Positions 44,768-54,656 of a DNA stretch of 64,000 nt are shown in pieces. Position numbers and translations under genes: made by a program. The stretch is from the IMG/VR virus record IMGVR_UViG_3300023202_000061, one strand, 5' to 3'. Under the pieces are notes generated by a model. The model had not been told where the DNA came from. It saw only the letters and a list, made by a program, of their open reading frames with translations, and made no database searches. Every line of letters starts with the position of its first letter. Within the stretch, counting starts at the first letter, position 1. Source of the stretch: a virus (lineage: Duplodnaviria > Heunggongvirae > Uroviricota > Caudoviricetes).

Positions 44768-45037
44768 ATGGTTTCTGTGGAGAGGATCTTAAGGTACGCT
44801 GATATTTACGAGGGATTGAGTTCGAACAGGCTTTATCCTGAGGGAACATTTGATGTTGCCCCGATGGAGGGAGATGCATTTGCAGAGATGCTGGAGGATC
44901 TTGGGGTATCCGAGGGAGATGTAGAAGAGGCGTTAAGGCGTCGAGGGATATCTTTAGGGGAGCCTTATTCTGACGAAGAGATTGAGGACATGAAGGGACT
45001 AGTACTAGACAAGTACATGGAGAAGAGGGTAGTATGA
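44768..45037 (+). CDS. hypothetical protein
   Basis: 89 aa, first gene of the rightward arm. Confidence 0.65.
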   Translation: MVSVERILRYADIYEGLSSNRLYPEGTFDVAPMEGDAFAEMLEDLGVSEGDVEEALRRRGISLGEPYSDEEIEDMKGLVLDKYMEKRVV

Positions 45038-45390
45038 ATCTTGAGGAGTTACTGAGGAAGGCTGAGATATTTGGTACAGAGAGTGGGGTTGTTTCTGAGG
45101 CGTCTGATAAGTCCCAAGAGTTAGATCGTGGGACATTAGATTCTGTTGGTCTTTTAAAGGGTGCTGGTAAGCTGGTTCCTGGGCTTGGTGAGGACGGGCC
45201 GAAGCGTTGGGAGCCCCATGAGGCGATGCGAGAGGCAGAGTCTTACAAGAACATGAAGGGGATGAACAAGGCCCGAGATTCAGAGAAGAACAAGGGTGAC
45301 AAGGTAGATTCTAAGGGAGATAAATCTCTTAACAAATTGATGGATACATTACGCAAGGGTAAGAAGGAAAAGAAGAAGGATAAGAAGTGA
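45034..45390 (+). CDS. hypothetical protein with Lys-rich tail
   Basis: 118 aa, 4-nt overlaps. Confidence 0.65.
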   Translation: MNLEELLRKAEIFGTESGVVSEASDKSQELDRGTLDSVGLLKGAGKLVPGLGEDGPKRWEPHEAMREAESYKNMKGMNKARDSEKNKGDKVDSKGDKSLNKLMDTLRKGKKEKKKDKK

Positions 45391-45587
45391 TACTAAAGGT
45401 TCTGGGTCGAATTCTGGGCACACTTATTCTGGTTGGGGTTCTTGGTGTTGTAAGTATTGACAAGGTCTTGATATTGAAAGAAGACATTTCGTGGGCTATC
45501 ACGAGTATAAAGACTCGCGGGGTACGCGCATCTATTGGGAGTTACATCGGGTCCAAAGTTCTTGACATTTGCTCAGAAATGTGCTGA
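45387..45587 (+). CDS. small membrane protein
   Basis: N-terminal hydrophobic helix. Confidence 0.5.
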   Translation: MILKVLGRILGTLILVGVLGVVSIDKVLILKEDISWAITSIKTRGVRASIGSYIGSKVLDICSEMC

Positions 45588-45634
45588 GGTGGCACTCTTA
45601 GGGCCTGTACTGGTCTTAGAGGAAGTGGATTATA

Positions 45635-45994
45635 TTGGCACATGAATTTGCGGACTCAGTAATGTGGAGAAAAAGAGCTTCGAAAGCAAAAGATGCACTG
45701 AGGCTTGTGCTCAAAGACGAAGAGTGGTATAGAGGCATCGGCATCTCAAACGATGGAGATGAATATGCTCTTGAGGTGAAGGTTTCATCTGAAGAATACG
45801 CACATGAAGTTCCTCAATATGTGGGAGCTATACGAGTACGGGTTGATGTACTCGGAGAGGTACAGCTACAAAATGTCAGAACAGAAGCCTCCGGGGAGTC
45901 CTCCCCTCCCCCCAGCAGCCTGAGGAAGAGCCTGCATTTACATTCAGGTGGGACTACGAAGATATATGTTTCGCAATACATACATATGCGCTGA
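45635..45994 (+). CDS. hypothetical protein
   Basis: 119 aa; GIGIS...LEVKV...VP...GAIRVRVDVLG. Confidence 0.6.
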   Translation: MAHEFADSVMWRKRASKAKDALRLVLKDEEWYRGIGISNDGDEYALEVKVSSEEYAHEVPQYVGAIRVRVDVLGEVQLQNVRTEASGESSPPPSSLRKSLHLHSGGTTKIYVSQYIHMR

Positions 45995-46029
45995 TCAAGC
46001 TGGGTGTACTACGTCTGACGAACATCAAT

Positions 46030-46323
46030 ATGGTGGGTCGTGAGTACAACATGCGTGATGTAGATTCCTACAACCTTGAGTTTGAGGTATATCCTGAGGA
46101 TATAACTAAGCTTGTAGCAACACATAAATTGTTTTCTTCTCGGGACCTTAGTGGGGAGGAGGAGGAGAAAGATTACAAGGAGATGTACGAAGAGACGGCA
46201 TCTAAGGGACTGAAGCTTGTTGAGAGGATAGACAAGTTGAAAGTCAATGTTGTCATTTGGAAGACTCTATTCTTGGGGTTGATGGCATCTCTTGTATTAT
46301 TGGCATTCATATTCAAATGGTGA
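46030..46323 (+). CDS. C-terminally anchored membrane protein
   Basis: Hydrophobic C-terminus. Confidence 0.65.
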   Translation: MVGREYNMRDVDSYNLEFEVYPEDITKLVATHKLFSSRDLSGEEEEKDYKEMYEETASKGLKLVERIDKLKVNVVIWKTLFLGLMASLVLLAFIFKW

Positions 46324-46327
46324 GGAC

Positions 46328-46723
46328 ATGAAAGAACATACACCTGAGGACCTGAAAAACCCTGAGTTATTCAATCAGGACATCCATCAGCTATTGGAAT
46401 CTATTACAGAGGATTCATTGGGGTTTGAGGGATTAGCATGGACTGATGACACGAAAGGTTATTGGTTTAACAAACTAAATGATTGGTATTTGGACCAGCG
46501 GGCTAATCACGAGATGGTTGACATCCGTACATTTTTCCGTTCAACGGCATTTGGAGATGAGCCTTGTTCCATTGAAGAGTACTGCGAGACATTGTACAAA
46601 TGGGTAACAATGGAGGGGGCTGTGAAGCTTCCAGTGGAGTGCTTAGACGATGAGGACAAGTACCAGGCGTTCATGGCTAAGCATCGAGATGATGTTGTAG
46701 ATGTTTCGGGTAAGATATTCTGA
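46328..46723 (+). CDS. hypothetical protein
   Basis: Start moved to MKEHT after GAGGA. Confidence 0.7.
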   Translation: MKEHTPEDLKNPELFNQDIHQLLESITEDSLGFEGLAWTDDTKGYWFNKLNDWYLDQRANHEMVDIRTFFRSTAFGDEPCSIEEYCETLYKWVTMEGAVKLPVECLDDEDKYQAFMAKHRDDVVDVSGKIF

Positions 46724-46822
46724 TGTGAATGTGGGTACTCTGGATATTTTGATTATTGTCATCCGTGCCCTATTCATATTGATACCAAAGTGTTTGATAA
46801 CACAGTGATTCAGGTAGGGTAA

Positions 46823-47257
46823 ATGATGGGTATCCCTGGAGAAAAGCCGCCTACCATTCCGCCTGACATTGAGTGGTCCTGGGATGAGTTTCAGGAGGTG
46901 TGGTATTGTACTGTGCAGTGCTTACGCATTACATGGGAGAACTTCACTGACGGGACACACAGGATTTACTGCGGGGGATTTGAGCGGCATGGGAAGCTCC
47001 GGGGTCGGAGCCTTGGTTGGATTGAAGATCATCTCCTACAGCTCAGGCTGGCTTTGAATCGAAACAGCTCTATTATCATGTTCAAGGACCTGATCAAGAG
47101 TACGTTGGCCGAGGTAAGAGCTGAAGAATTGGCAGATGTTTTTGCTGTATCTGTTGATACGATTGAAAGATGGGCTTCTGGTAAAGTGACTCCATCTAAG
47201 TATGTACGTAACAATGCTGAATTTATGATTGAGCATTTAAGAAAGGAACAAAAATGA
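46823..47257 (+). CDS. protein with C-terminal XRE-type helix-turn-helix
   Basis: AEELADVFAVSVDTIERWASGKVTPS. Confidence 0.75.
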   Translation: MMGIPGEKPPTIPPDIEWSWDEFQEVWYCTVQCLRITWENFTDGTHRIYCGGFERHGKLRGRSLGWIEDHLLQLRLALNRNSSIIMFKDLIKSTLAEVRAEELADVFAVSVDTIERWASGKVTPSKYVRNNAEFMIEHLRKEQK

Positions 47258-47676
47258 AAAACAAACTATTAATCGCCCTCGTTCTTGCAATTTCTTGCAT
47301 TTGCACATTTGCCTATGCATTTGAGAAGATTGCTCCTGGTAGTTACACAATTGCAATCACCCCTAAGAACTGTGAGATCAGGACAGAACCTACCGTTACC
47401 AAGCGTGGTATTTGTGCTGCGACAATGGGGGCTGGGACCGTTACAGCTCCGCTTTCGGCTACAAACACATCGATTAGAATTGGTGGGGGTTGGACTCCGG
47501 CGACCATGTACTACTCTGATCCTGGGTATTCTGGTTCAGGAACGAGCATGGGGATTCGGTCTAAAACTGGGCTGTTGATATTTGGTGGTAATGGGATGAT
47601 TGAGGAAGAGATGTATCTTCCTGGTTCATCCGGTGCTGACATTCACATAGTATACTCCATTCACGTCTGGAAGTAA
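47254..47676 (+). CDS. secreted/periplasmic protein
   Basis: Signal peptide MKNKLLIALVLAISCICTFAYA. Confidence 0.7.
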   Translation: MKNKLLIALVLAISCICTFAYAFEKIAPGSYTIAITPKNCEIRTEPTVTKRGICAATMGAGTVTAPLSATNTSIRIGGGWTPATMYYSDPGYSGSGTSMGIRSKTGLLIFGGNGMIEEEMYLPGSSGADIHIVYSIHVWK

Positions 47677-47687
47677 GTTTCAGGGAT

Positions 47688-47975
47688 ATGGATAAACATC
47701 AAGATCTCATGCATGAACTTGCCCAAGGGTATCGCGGGTTGTACAGTGAACTTGCTCTTACCAGGACGTGGAGAGAGAACAGGCTATGGATCATTGTGAT
47801 TATTATCCTAGGTTTATGGGGCATCTTAAGTGGGCATTGGGCATTTACTATTGTAGAGTGGGGGTTTGCCTTGTTTTTGTTTAGTACCTGCTTTTACCGA
47901 GAATGTTTTTATATTGCTACAGAGGTAGAGGCGCGGGAAGAGGTTAAGCGCAGAGGAATTATCGATGAGACTTAA
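47688..47975 (+). CDS. membrane protein
   Basis: Two hydrophobic helices. Confidence 0.65.
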   Translation: MDKHQDLMHELAQGYRGLYSELALTRTWRENRLWIIVIIILGLWGILSGHWAFTIVEWGFALFLFSTCFYRECFYIATEVEAREEVKRRGIIDET

Positions 47976-48132
47976 TATTGTCTGGCCAGGAATAGCGTCA
48001 TTAATCATAATGCCTATTACCGGTATATTTATTTACTATGATAACATTTGGGGCACAGGGGTTTGTGCGGTGATTTCATTGAGTTTTTTGGTGTACGGGA
48101 ACTGGAAGCTCAATTGAGAAAGAGCTGGATAA

Positions 48133-48492
48133 GTGACTAATTTACAAATCCTTCAACACGCTCTTGGGCTTGATAAGTACGGGAGAGGAATGTCCAGCGG
48201 ATCTGACCGGAACCGATATGTATGCGGTCCTGGGTCTGATCTTGAGGTGTGCAAAGCCCTTGTTGAAGAGGGTCTCATGGAGGACTGCACTCATCAGGTT
48301 CATCCTGACCTCATCGGTGGGAAGGACCACAAACTGTTTATGGTGACCCGAGCGGGGAGAAGGCACATTATTGGATTTTCACCTAGTCCTCCTAAGAGGA
48401 CGCGGTCACAGCTCCGATATGATAGATGGCTGCACTCAGGTATGGGGGATATCATGGGTTTTGGGGAGTGGATTAAAGCGGGGTGTCCATGA
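48133..48492 (+). CDS. hypothetical protein
   Basis: ILQHALG...RNRYVCG...LVEEGLM...FMVTRAG (winged-helix-like). Confidence 0.65.
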   Translation: MTNLQILQHALGLDKYGRGMSSGSDRNRYVCGPGSDLEVCKALVEEGLMEDCTHQVHPDLIGGKDHKLFMVTRAGRRHIIGFSPSPPKRTRSQLRYDRWLHSGMGDIMGFGEWIKAGCP

Positions 48493-48995
48493 GCACTACT
48501 CAAGATGTAGAGGCAATACGAAGATACGTAGAAGCAGATGGATCGGAGCTGTTTCCCTACGATGCCTTGAAGCGTATTGAGGAGGAGGTTCCTGAGCTAG
48601 AGCGTCAGCGCAATGAGTACAAGAAAGGGATGCGGGCCTTCCGAGACGAGATGTTACGTCAGGCATCCATTGAGAGGTTCAAACAACAAGCTATTCGTAA
48701 GCTGAATGACGAAGAGGAGCAGCTCATTGACATGGTGGCCAAGGCTCAAAATGAAGCTTTGGGGCTGATGAAAGAGTTGAACACCGTGAAAGCTCAAAAG
48801 GCTGTAATTGGTAAGATCTTACCAAGTGCCATCAAAGAGCTGAAAGAAAAGTTAGATAAAGCCAGTGCAGCACTGCTTGATATCGGTACCAATTTTGACC
48901 ATGAGCACCACTCCAAGGGCCAGGTGCCAGAGGGTGAGTGTGATGGTCCGGGACGATGTAGAGCTTGTACCGCTATGGAAGCAATGAAAGATTAG
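48483..48995 (+). CDS. coiled-coil protein with C-terminal His/Cys cluster
   Basis: DHEHH...CDGPGRCRAC. Confidence 0.7.
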   Translation: MSMSTTQDVEAIRRYVEADGSELFPYDALKRIEEEVPELERQRNEYKKGMRAFRDEMLRQASIERFKQQAIRKLNDEEEQLIDMVAKAQNEALGLMKELNTVKAQKAVIGKILPSAIKELKEKLDKASAALLDIGTNFDHEHHSKGQVPEGECDGPGRCRACTAMEAMKD

Positions 48996-48999
48996 ATTA

Positions 49000-50256
49000 A
49001 TGTCAGACATCCCAAACGCCTCAGAAATATCAGAAGAAGACGAAAACGCCGTGGACGAAAATTTGAACGAGCCTGAAGAAGAGAACCCACTTCCCAAGCC
49101 TAAATTTGAGCTTCACTTTTCTGAGCGTGAAATCATCTCAGGGTCAATTCCTGTTCAGTGGTGTTTAAACAAAGAGTTGGTTGAGTGGTTCAACAACAAA
49201 AGGGTTACTCACCTTGCAATTATTATTCGGCCCGTGGAGTGTACTCACTCTCGCCAAGAGTCCAGGAAGATTGTACCAATCAATGATCTGATGACATTTA
49301 TTGATTTCAAATACTCTGGAAAGAACCATGTCATTGCATTTCCACTTAAGAAAAGTAAGTTTCCTAAAGTCATGAATAGAGGAGCTTCAGGATGGGAGAA
49401 TAATCTATTCTCTGACAGTGACTTGTATGATAAAGTCTGTGACAATTTGTGGTTTGATTACTCTAGTAAAAATGCGATTAGCTATGACTACAAGTACAAT
49501 TTGATTTTTGCTCATGAAATTGTAGAGATGCCTGATGGTGTATTTGCTCCCGAACCATCAGAGCTTGAGAAAGCCTGGGTAAACTTTTTCTTCAGGGAGC
49601 CCGCATGGGACCAGTGTGATTTTAGGCGTAGGCGTATGCTTGCCTATTCGGTACAGCCCTTTTTATTCGCTATTATAGTTGTGCTAAGGACTTGCCTTGC
49701 AATTTTCTATAACCTTTTGCTGCTGAAAAAGGTTAACTACAAACCAATTTATCAACCTATCATTCATGAAAGCAATGACATGATGGGCAGTGGGGCTCTT
49801 GATGATGTGAGGGTTTTTGGGGATGTTAACAACAATACTAATGACAGTAGGTGGTGGGCTTACAAAGTAGCTACCTGGATCTTTGCAAACCCTGTTACAC
49901 TTATTCTATTTGGGACGTTAGGTGTAGCACACACTATCAATTGGTTTTACATTCATGCAGCTCTTTTCACTTTAGTAACCCTAATTATCTTCTCCATCAA
50001 GTTAAAAGAATACCTTGAAGAAAGGGCTGAAAGGTTGGAAGAAAAAAGAAAGGTAGCAAGAGCAGAAGGCCCAAAACCAGAACCAACAAAAGAAAAACCC
50101 AAGAAAGTTAAGCCTCCACCCAATTATATTGATAAGTACACAGTGTGTACTGGTGTAGGGTTTATTTCTATGGAGAAACTCCCTCAGTCTAAGAAGACAG
50201 TTAGGCTGCGGTTCCTTGATCTCAAGAACAAGGTTTGTAAGCCCTATCAGGGTTAG
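49000..50256 (+). CDS. membrane-associated hypothetical protein
   Basis: 418 aa; several hydrophobic segments in the C-terminal half. Confidence 0.8.
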   Translation: MSDIPNASEISEEDENAVDENLNEPEEENPLPKPKFELHFSEREIISGSIPVQWCLNKELVEWFNNKRVTHLAIIIRPVECTHSRQESRKIVPINDLMTFIDFKYSGKNHVIAFPLKKSKFPKVMNRGASGWENNLFSDSDLYDKVCDNLWFDYSSKNAISYDYKYNLIFAHEIVEMPDGVFAPEPSELEKAWVNFFFREPAWDQCDFRRRRMLAYSVQPFLFAIIVVLRTCLAIFYNLLLLKKVNYKPIYQPIIHESNDMMGSGALDDVRVFGDVNNNTNDSRWWAYKVATWIFANPVTLILFGTLGVAHTINWFYIHAALFTLVTLIIFSIKLKEYLEERAERLEEKRKVARAEGPKPEPTKEKPKKVKPPPNYIDKYTVCTGVGFISMEKLPQSKKTVRLRFLDLKNKVCKPYQG

Positions 50257-50266
50257 GAGTACTGAA

Positions 50267-50491
50267 ATGAGCATTGGTAATAATGGGGAACTAACTCATC
50301 TAGAAAGGTTGATGCATGCTCCTTTTCAGTACCTCATGGGTAAGAAGGAATTGAACGAGCATGAGGTGAACCGAATGCGAGTTTTAGTGGATCGCGCCTT
50401 TACCGCCCTTATCCGTCAGGAAGTGGAGCGAGAGAAGAATGAGATTTGGGCCCTTGCCATTGATGTGTTTGGGTCTAGCGGCGCGGCCTGA
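50267..50491 (+). CDS. hypothetical protein
   Basis: Start moved to MSIGNN. Confidence 0.55.
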   Translation: MSIGNNGELTHLERLMHAPFQYLMGKKELNEHEVNRMRVLVDRAFTALIRQEVEREKNEIWALAIDVFGSSGAA

Positions 50492-50558
50492 ACAGCTCAG
50501 CACATGGGATTAAGAGAGTACAGAATGCTCTTGAAAAGATTCAGGAAGAAAGATACTC

Positions 50559-51113
50559 ATGATTGGCATTCCTCCATCAATACAGATGTTTGCTGAGCAC
50601 TTTGCGAAATACTTGACGCCGAATGCTCGCGCATCAGGGTGGCAAGAGCTGGAGACAGAGGTCCGTGGGAGTGGGGATTTTATGGACTTGGTTGGGTCTT
50701 TGATGATCTTCGACATGATCGCCGCAGAGGGTAGAGTTTGTCGAATGGATATTACCTGCGGAGATGGGGATAAGTCTGATATCGAGGTTCGTGTTGGTGG
50801 TAAATGGAGGAAGTTGAACATCAAGACATCTTCTTATCATCCTTACCGAAAGGGGTTGAACCTTTATGTTAAGGAGGAAGAGGCGGATAAAGACATTGAT
50901 GGGTACATCCAGGTGTTTGTACATACTAAGAGTGGAGCTGGGCCGCATGTTCATGTTTCGGGGTGGGTTTCTACTTCATCTGATGTTTGGAAGGAGGCTC
51001 GAAAGGATGTGATTGAGATCCCTCGCACTGGTGGACACAAGGGAGTGCGTGTTCCGGTAGAGAAGCTCCAGAGTATTGATAAAATGATTGAGTTAGTAGA
51101 TAGGAAGTTTTGA
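50559..51113 (+). CDS. PD-(D/E)xK restriction-endonuclease-like nuclease
   Basis: AAEG...GDGDKSDIEV...LNIKTS...DIDGYIQVFV...VSGWV. Confidence 0.6.
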   Translation: MIGIPPSIQMFAEHFAKYLTPNARASGWQELETEVRGSGDFMDLVGSLMIFDMIAAEGRVCRMDITCGDGDKSDIEVRVGGKWRKLNIKTSSYHPYRKGLNLYVKEEEADKDIDGYIQVFVHTKSGAGPHVHVSGWVSTSSDVWKEARKDVIEIPRTGGHKGVRVPVEKLQSIDKMIELVDRKF

Positions 51114-51373
51114 TGGCTCGCAAAATGTCTAATATGGGTTTGAAGATGAAAAATATCAGAGAGAACCTTGGGGATACCAAAAGAAGAAAACCAAGAGTAC
51201 AACCGCCAGTTCGGGGACCAAAGTTCTCTGTGACACTTGGAGAGATGATCGATGCCAAGAGAAGATCTTCTTGACAGAAGTGGTCTTGGTGTGGTACAGG
51301 GGAGGGGCTGTAGGCGGGGCCTGCGGCCTTTTCCATATTTCATTTGCGCTGTTGCGCTGGAGCAAAAACAAGC

Positions 51374-52288
51374 ATGACTAGAGAGAAGTGGCTGACCACT
51401 GACGGGCAGAATTTTACCTTGGGGTTTCGCCCCAAGACGGTGAAGGCGCTGCCTCCGAACTACTACTCCATTAGTTTCAACCCTAATACTTCTCACTGTA
51501 TATTTGAGGCAATTGAAGATGTGAGTGATGATATTTTTCGTTTCAAGTCTCAGAGTACAATTGATGAGGCAGTTCGGGAAATTCAGTCATTTTGGGAGAA
51601 GAGAGAGTTCTTTGCCAAGCATAAGTTTCCCTTTCGCAGAGGAATTCTTCTTCACGGTCCTCAGGGTGTTGGTAAGTCCTGCGCTATCAAGATGATCTGT
51701 GAAGACATCAAGAATCAAGGTGGCATTGCCCTTGAGGTGAGGGACACAAACCTCTTTGCAATGGCAATGTCAGAGATTCGGACAATGCATCCTCAAATGC
51801 CCGTAGTTGCGATCATCGAGGACATTGACCTTCACCTTCGTCACAACGAAGTCCAGATCACGAACATGATGGATGGACTTGGTGGGTTTGATAACGTGGT
51901 GTACTTAGCAACCACGAACTACATCTCTCAGATTTCTGAGCGCGTGCGTGACCGCCCATCCAGATTCGACAGGCGGTTTTTCATTGGGTACCCTGAACCG
52001 GATCTTCGGATTGAGTACTTCAAGAGGCTGGCCAAGAAATCTGGGATTGGGAAGAAGCATGTGCAGGTATTTGCAAAGGTCTCTGAGGGGTTCTCTTTTG
52101 CCCACATGAAAGAGTTGTTCATCTCCGTCATTGGGTTTGATACTCCTCTTGAGATAGCTGTTCAGCGCCTGAAAGGAATGGGTGACATTTCTGATGAGAA
52201 TGAGCACATCGATCATAGGCCTAATGAGAAGATGCCGGTGAAGAAGTTTATTGGCTCTCCTATTGACAGTCTTCAGATGATGGTTTGA
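51374..52288 (+). CDS. AAA+ ATPase (BCS1/Cdc48-like)
   Basis: RRGILLHGPQGVGKS, Walker B AIIEDID, LATTNY, DRPSRFDR; start moved to MTREKW. Confidence 0.9.
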   Translation: MTREKWLTTDGQNFTLGFRPKTVKALPPNYYSISFNPNTSHCIFEAIEDVSDDIFRFKSQSTIDEAVREIQSFWEKREFFAKHKFPFRRGILLHGPQGVGKSCAIKMICEDIKNQGGIALEVRDTNLFAMAMSEIRTMHPQMPVVAIIEDIDLHLRHNEVQITNMMDGLGGFDNVVYLATTNYISQISERVRDRPSRFDRRFFIGYPEPDLRIEYFKRLAKKSGIGKKHVQVFAKVSEGFSFAHMKELFISVIGFDTPLEIAVQRLKGMGDISDENEHIDHRPNEKMPVKKFIGSPIDSLQMMV

Positions 52289-52419
52289 TAGTTATTAACC
52301 CCAGCTGTTACCATATGGGCTTCAGCCGGATGATCTTCCTCATATCCCGTATCAACAGGAACAGGTTCACCCCGTGCAGCCAAGGTTTCACGGAATCAAG
52401 AGGCCATTTGAGAAGTAAC

Positions 52420-52749
52420 ATGAAGAAGGTTGTTAACAAAGAGAGCATGAGAGAGTTTTGCAACCATCTTCATGATGGTAAAACTTACACCCCTTTGTGT
52501 AAGAAAATCAATATAAAAGAAAGTGATGGCGGATATCTTTGCTGTGCTCTTGGAGAGATGCACCATTACTTTACTGGTAAGATCCCGTACAACCATGCTG
52601 TTATTAAGTTCTTGCCTAAAGATGAGCCATGGATGCGGGGATGTGAGTGTTGGTGGGGAGGAGAGGAAACCTCCCGCGAGAAGATCTCATCAATGGAGAT
52701 TATTGAAATCGATATTGATGATTCAAGAAAGGAAGCTAATGGCTCTTAA
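52420..52749 (+). CDS. hypothetical protein
   Basis: Start moved to MKKVVN; CCALGEM motif. Confidence 0.55.
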   Translation: MKKVVNKESMREFCNHLHDGKTYTPLCKKINIKESDGGYLCCALGEMHHYFTGKIPYNHAVIKFLPKDEPWMRGCECWWGGEETSREKISSMEIIEIDIDDSRKEANGS

Positions 52750-52978
52750 GATTATCAAATTTCCTTCATTGGACGAGTGGCGCTCTAGAATGCTTTTAGC
52801 AGCAAAAATCAACAACACGGATTCTGAGATGTTGAAAGGCGCTATCAAGGAGCACGATGATAAATTGCTTCGCCTTGCCAGGACTGTAACAAAGTTCCAT
52901 GAGGGAGCGCCTCTGACAGATGAGGATCGAACTGTCATTGAAGAGGCTGGCTCAATTGTTGAATATCACAAAAAGTAA
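52739..52978 (+). CDS. hypothetical protein
   Basis: Start moved to MALKII after AAAGGAAG. Confidence 0.6.
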   Translation: MALKIIKFPSLDEWRSRMLLAAKINNTDSEMLKGAIKEHDDKLLRLARTVTKFHEGAPLTDEDRTVIEEAGSIVEYHKK

Positions 52979-53000
52979 GCGATTTTAGGATTTACACACA

Positions 53001-53846
53001 ATGCAATTCCATCATCATTCAGAACTAGCCTGTAACCTTAGCGAAGGGGAAAGTTGGGTAGACGCAGACGGAGAGATCTACAAAGTCCATTCCATAAAGC
53101 CAGGCTCTGTCTTGATGAGCCATACCAAGAAGCCAAAGAAAAGGGCTTACCTGAACTTGCGTGACTTTGGGTATGACTTCAAAAAGAAACTGGAGTTCAT
53201 TGGAGACATCACCAAAGGTTCTATGTGGAGAAATCAAAATGGAGTTGTAGAGGTAACTCAAATAAGTGAAGATAGTGTTACCTTTTTCGATGTGACTGGT
53301 GGTGAAGAGTCAAGACTTTCAACAATAGATTTCTCTAACATGGGTTTTGAGGAGGTAACGGGGAAGGATTTTGACAGGGTAGAAATCCTTGTTGATGTTC
53401 TTAAACAGCTTGGGGATTACAAGTATAAACCAACTCAAGGAACCTACTTTTCACTTTACGGGAAATGGGAATCAGCAACTATCAAGAATGGCCTTGAACG
53501 AATTCAAGATTCTGAAAGTACATGTGAGGTTTGTGCTATCGGATCTGTATTCGTATCAACCTTTCTAAAGGGTCATCGGGTTTACGATGACTGGAACCAA
53601 GAAGATGCTAGACTTGATTGTGCTGGGAGAGCGTCGATTGGGGGTGGGCTTTTTGATGCCTACGAATTGAGTGAAATGGAAATTGCCTTTGAAGGGTGGG
53701 ACAAACCTGATAACTTCGATAAAGAATCCTATGATATGGCTTGTCGAATGAATGCAATGGATATGGATCCCTCTACAAGACTTCGCACTATCGTGAATAA
53801 CACCATTAAGCATGGAAAGTTTTCACCACTCAAAGAAAAGTTATGA
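53001..53846 (+). CDS. hypothetical protein, paralog of 25763-26479
   Basis: CEVCAIGS...IVNNTIKHGKFSP; N-terminal module duplicated. Confidence 0.8.
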   Translation: MQFHHHSELACNLSEGESWVDADGEIYKVHSIKPGSVLMSHTKKPKKRAYLNLRDFGYDFKKKLEFIGDITKGSMWRNQNGVVEVTQISEDSVTFFDVTGGEESRLSTIDFSNMGFEEVTGKDFDRVEILVDVLKQLGDYKYKPTQGTYFSLYGKWESATIKNGLERIQDSESTCEVCAIGSVFVSTFLKGHRVYDDWNQEDARLDCAGRASIGGGLFDAYELSEMEIAFEGWDKPDNFDKESYDMACRMNAMDMDPSTRLRTIVNNTIKHGKFSPLKEKL

Positions 53847-54252
53847 ACGAACGACAGATGTTTGAAAAATCCTTTGAGCGTCCAAAGGATTACTTTTACC
53901 TAAGTGAAGAGGAACAGTGGGCTATCGATAAGAATCTCGGTATCCTTGATTGGCAGGGCAGAGGGTTATCAGAAGATGATAAAAACGCTTCAAGGCTCAT
54001 TACACCACCAAAGAGGATGTTGAGGTTTTTAACTGGGGACATGCCAAGCCAGAAAAGGCCGAGGAGCTTGGTTTCAAGCGAACTGAGGAGTATGGACTCT
54101 CTCATGGAGTATACAAACTCTCTGAAGAGGAGAAGGTCGAGACAATGAAAAAACTCTTCAATGCTGGGTATAACGTTATGCTAATGCATAAGGGAAAATA
54201 CCGAAACACTGACATCATCATATTCAATGAGGGAAAGTTTCATCAACGATGA
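53843..54252 (+). CDS. frameshifted gene (-1 shift near the A5 run at 53981-53985)
   Basis: Frame 0 RPKDYFYLSEEEQWAIDKNLGILDWQG; the -1 frame is open 53983-54252 and ends in an ATGA overlap with the next gene. Confidence 0.65.
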
Positions 54253-54656
54253 TTTCATCAGACGCAGAGAAACTTTACCAAAAGGGCACTCCCTATTTCT
54301 TTGATGGCGAGTACATCCATCGAGTTATGAAGAGTGATGGTGCCTCTGCGCCCGTTGCTAAGGCTTGGGATAAAGCCTGGGGCGAAGCTTTAGTCAAGAA
54401 GCTCAATCGCGATTGTTTAGCTCAGCAAAAGAAGTTTCCCATTATGGGTGGAGCCTCTATCCCTGTGGGGCTGATTGCTCCATACGAAGATCAGGCTATG
54501 AATAATCACTCTCAGACATTGAGTCAGTTAGCCGAGCGTGGTGGGTTAGATCCTACCGAGGCTTTGTGTGTCGTCAAAGGCGTTCATTGGAAAGACAGGA
54601 AGCAATTCAAAGATCCAGAGTCTGAGTGGGAAGCCTGGGTAAAGGAACAAATGTAA
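54249..54656 (+). CDS. hypothetical protein
   Basis: 135 aa; NHSQTLSQLAERGGL motif. Confidence 0.7.
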   Translation: MISSDAEKLYQKGTPYFFDGEYIHRVMKSDGASAPVAKAWDKAWGEALVKKLNRDCLAQQKKFPIMGGASIPVGLIAPYEDQAMNNHSQTLSQLAERGGLDPTEALCVVKGVHWKDRKQFKDPESEWEAWVKEQM

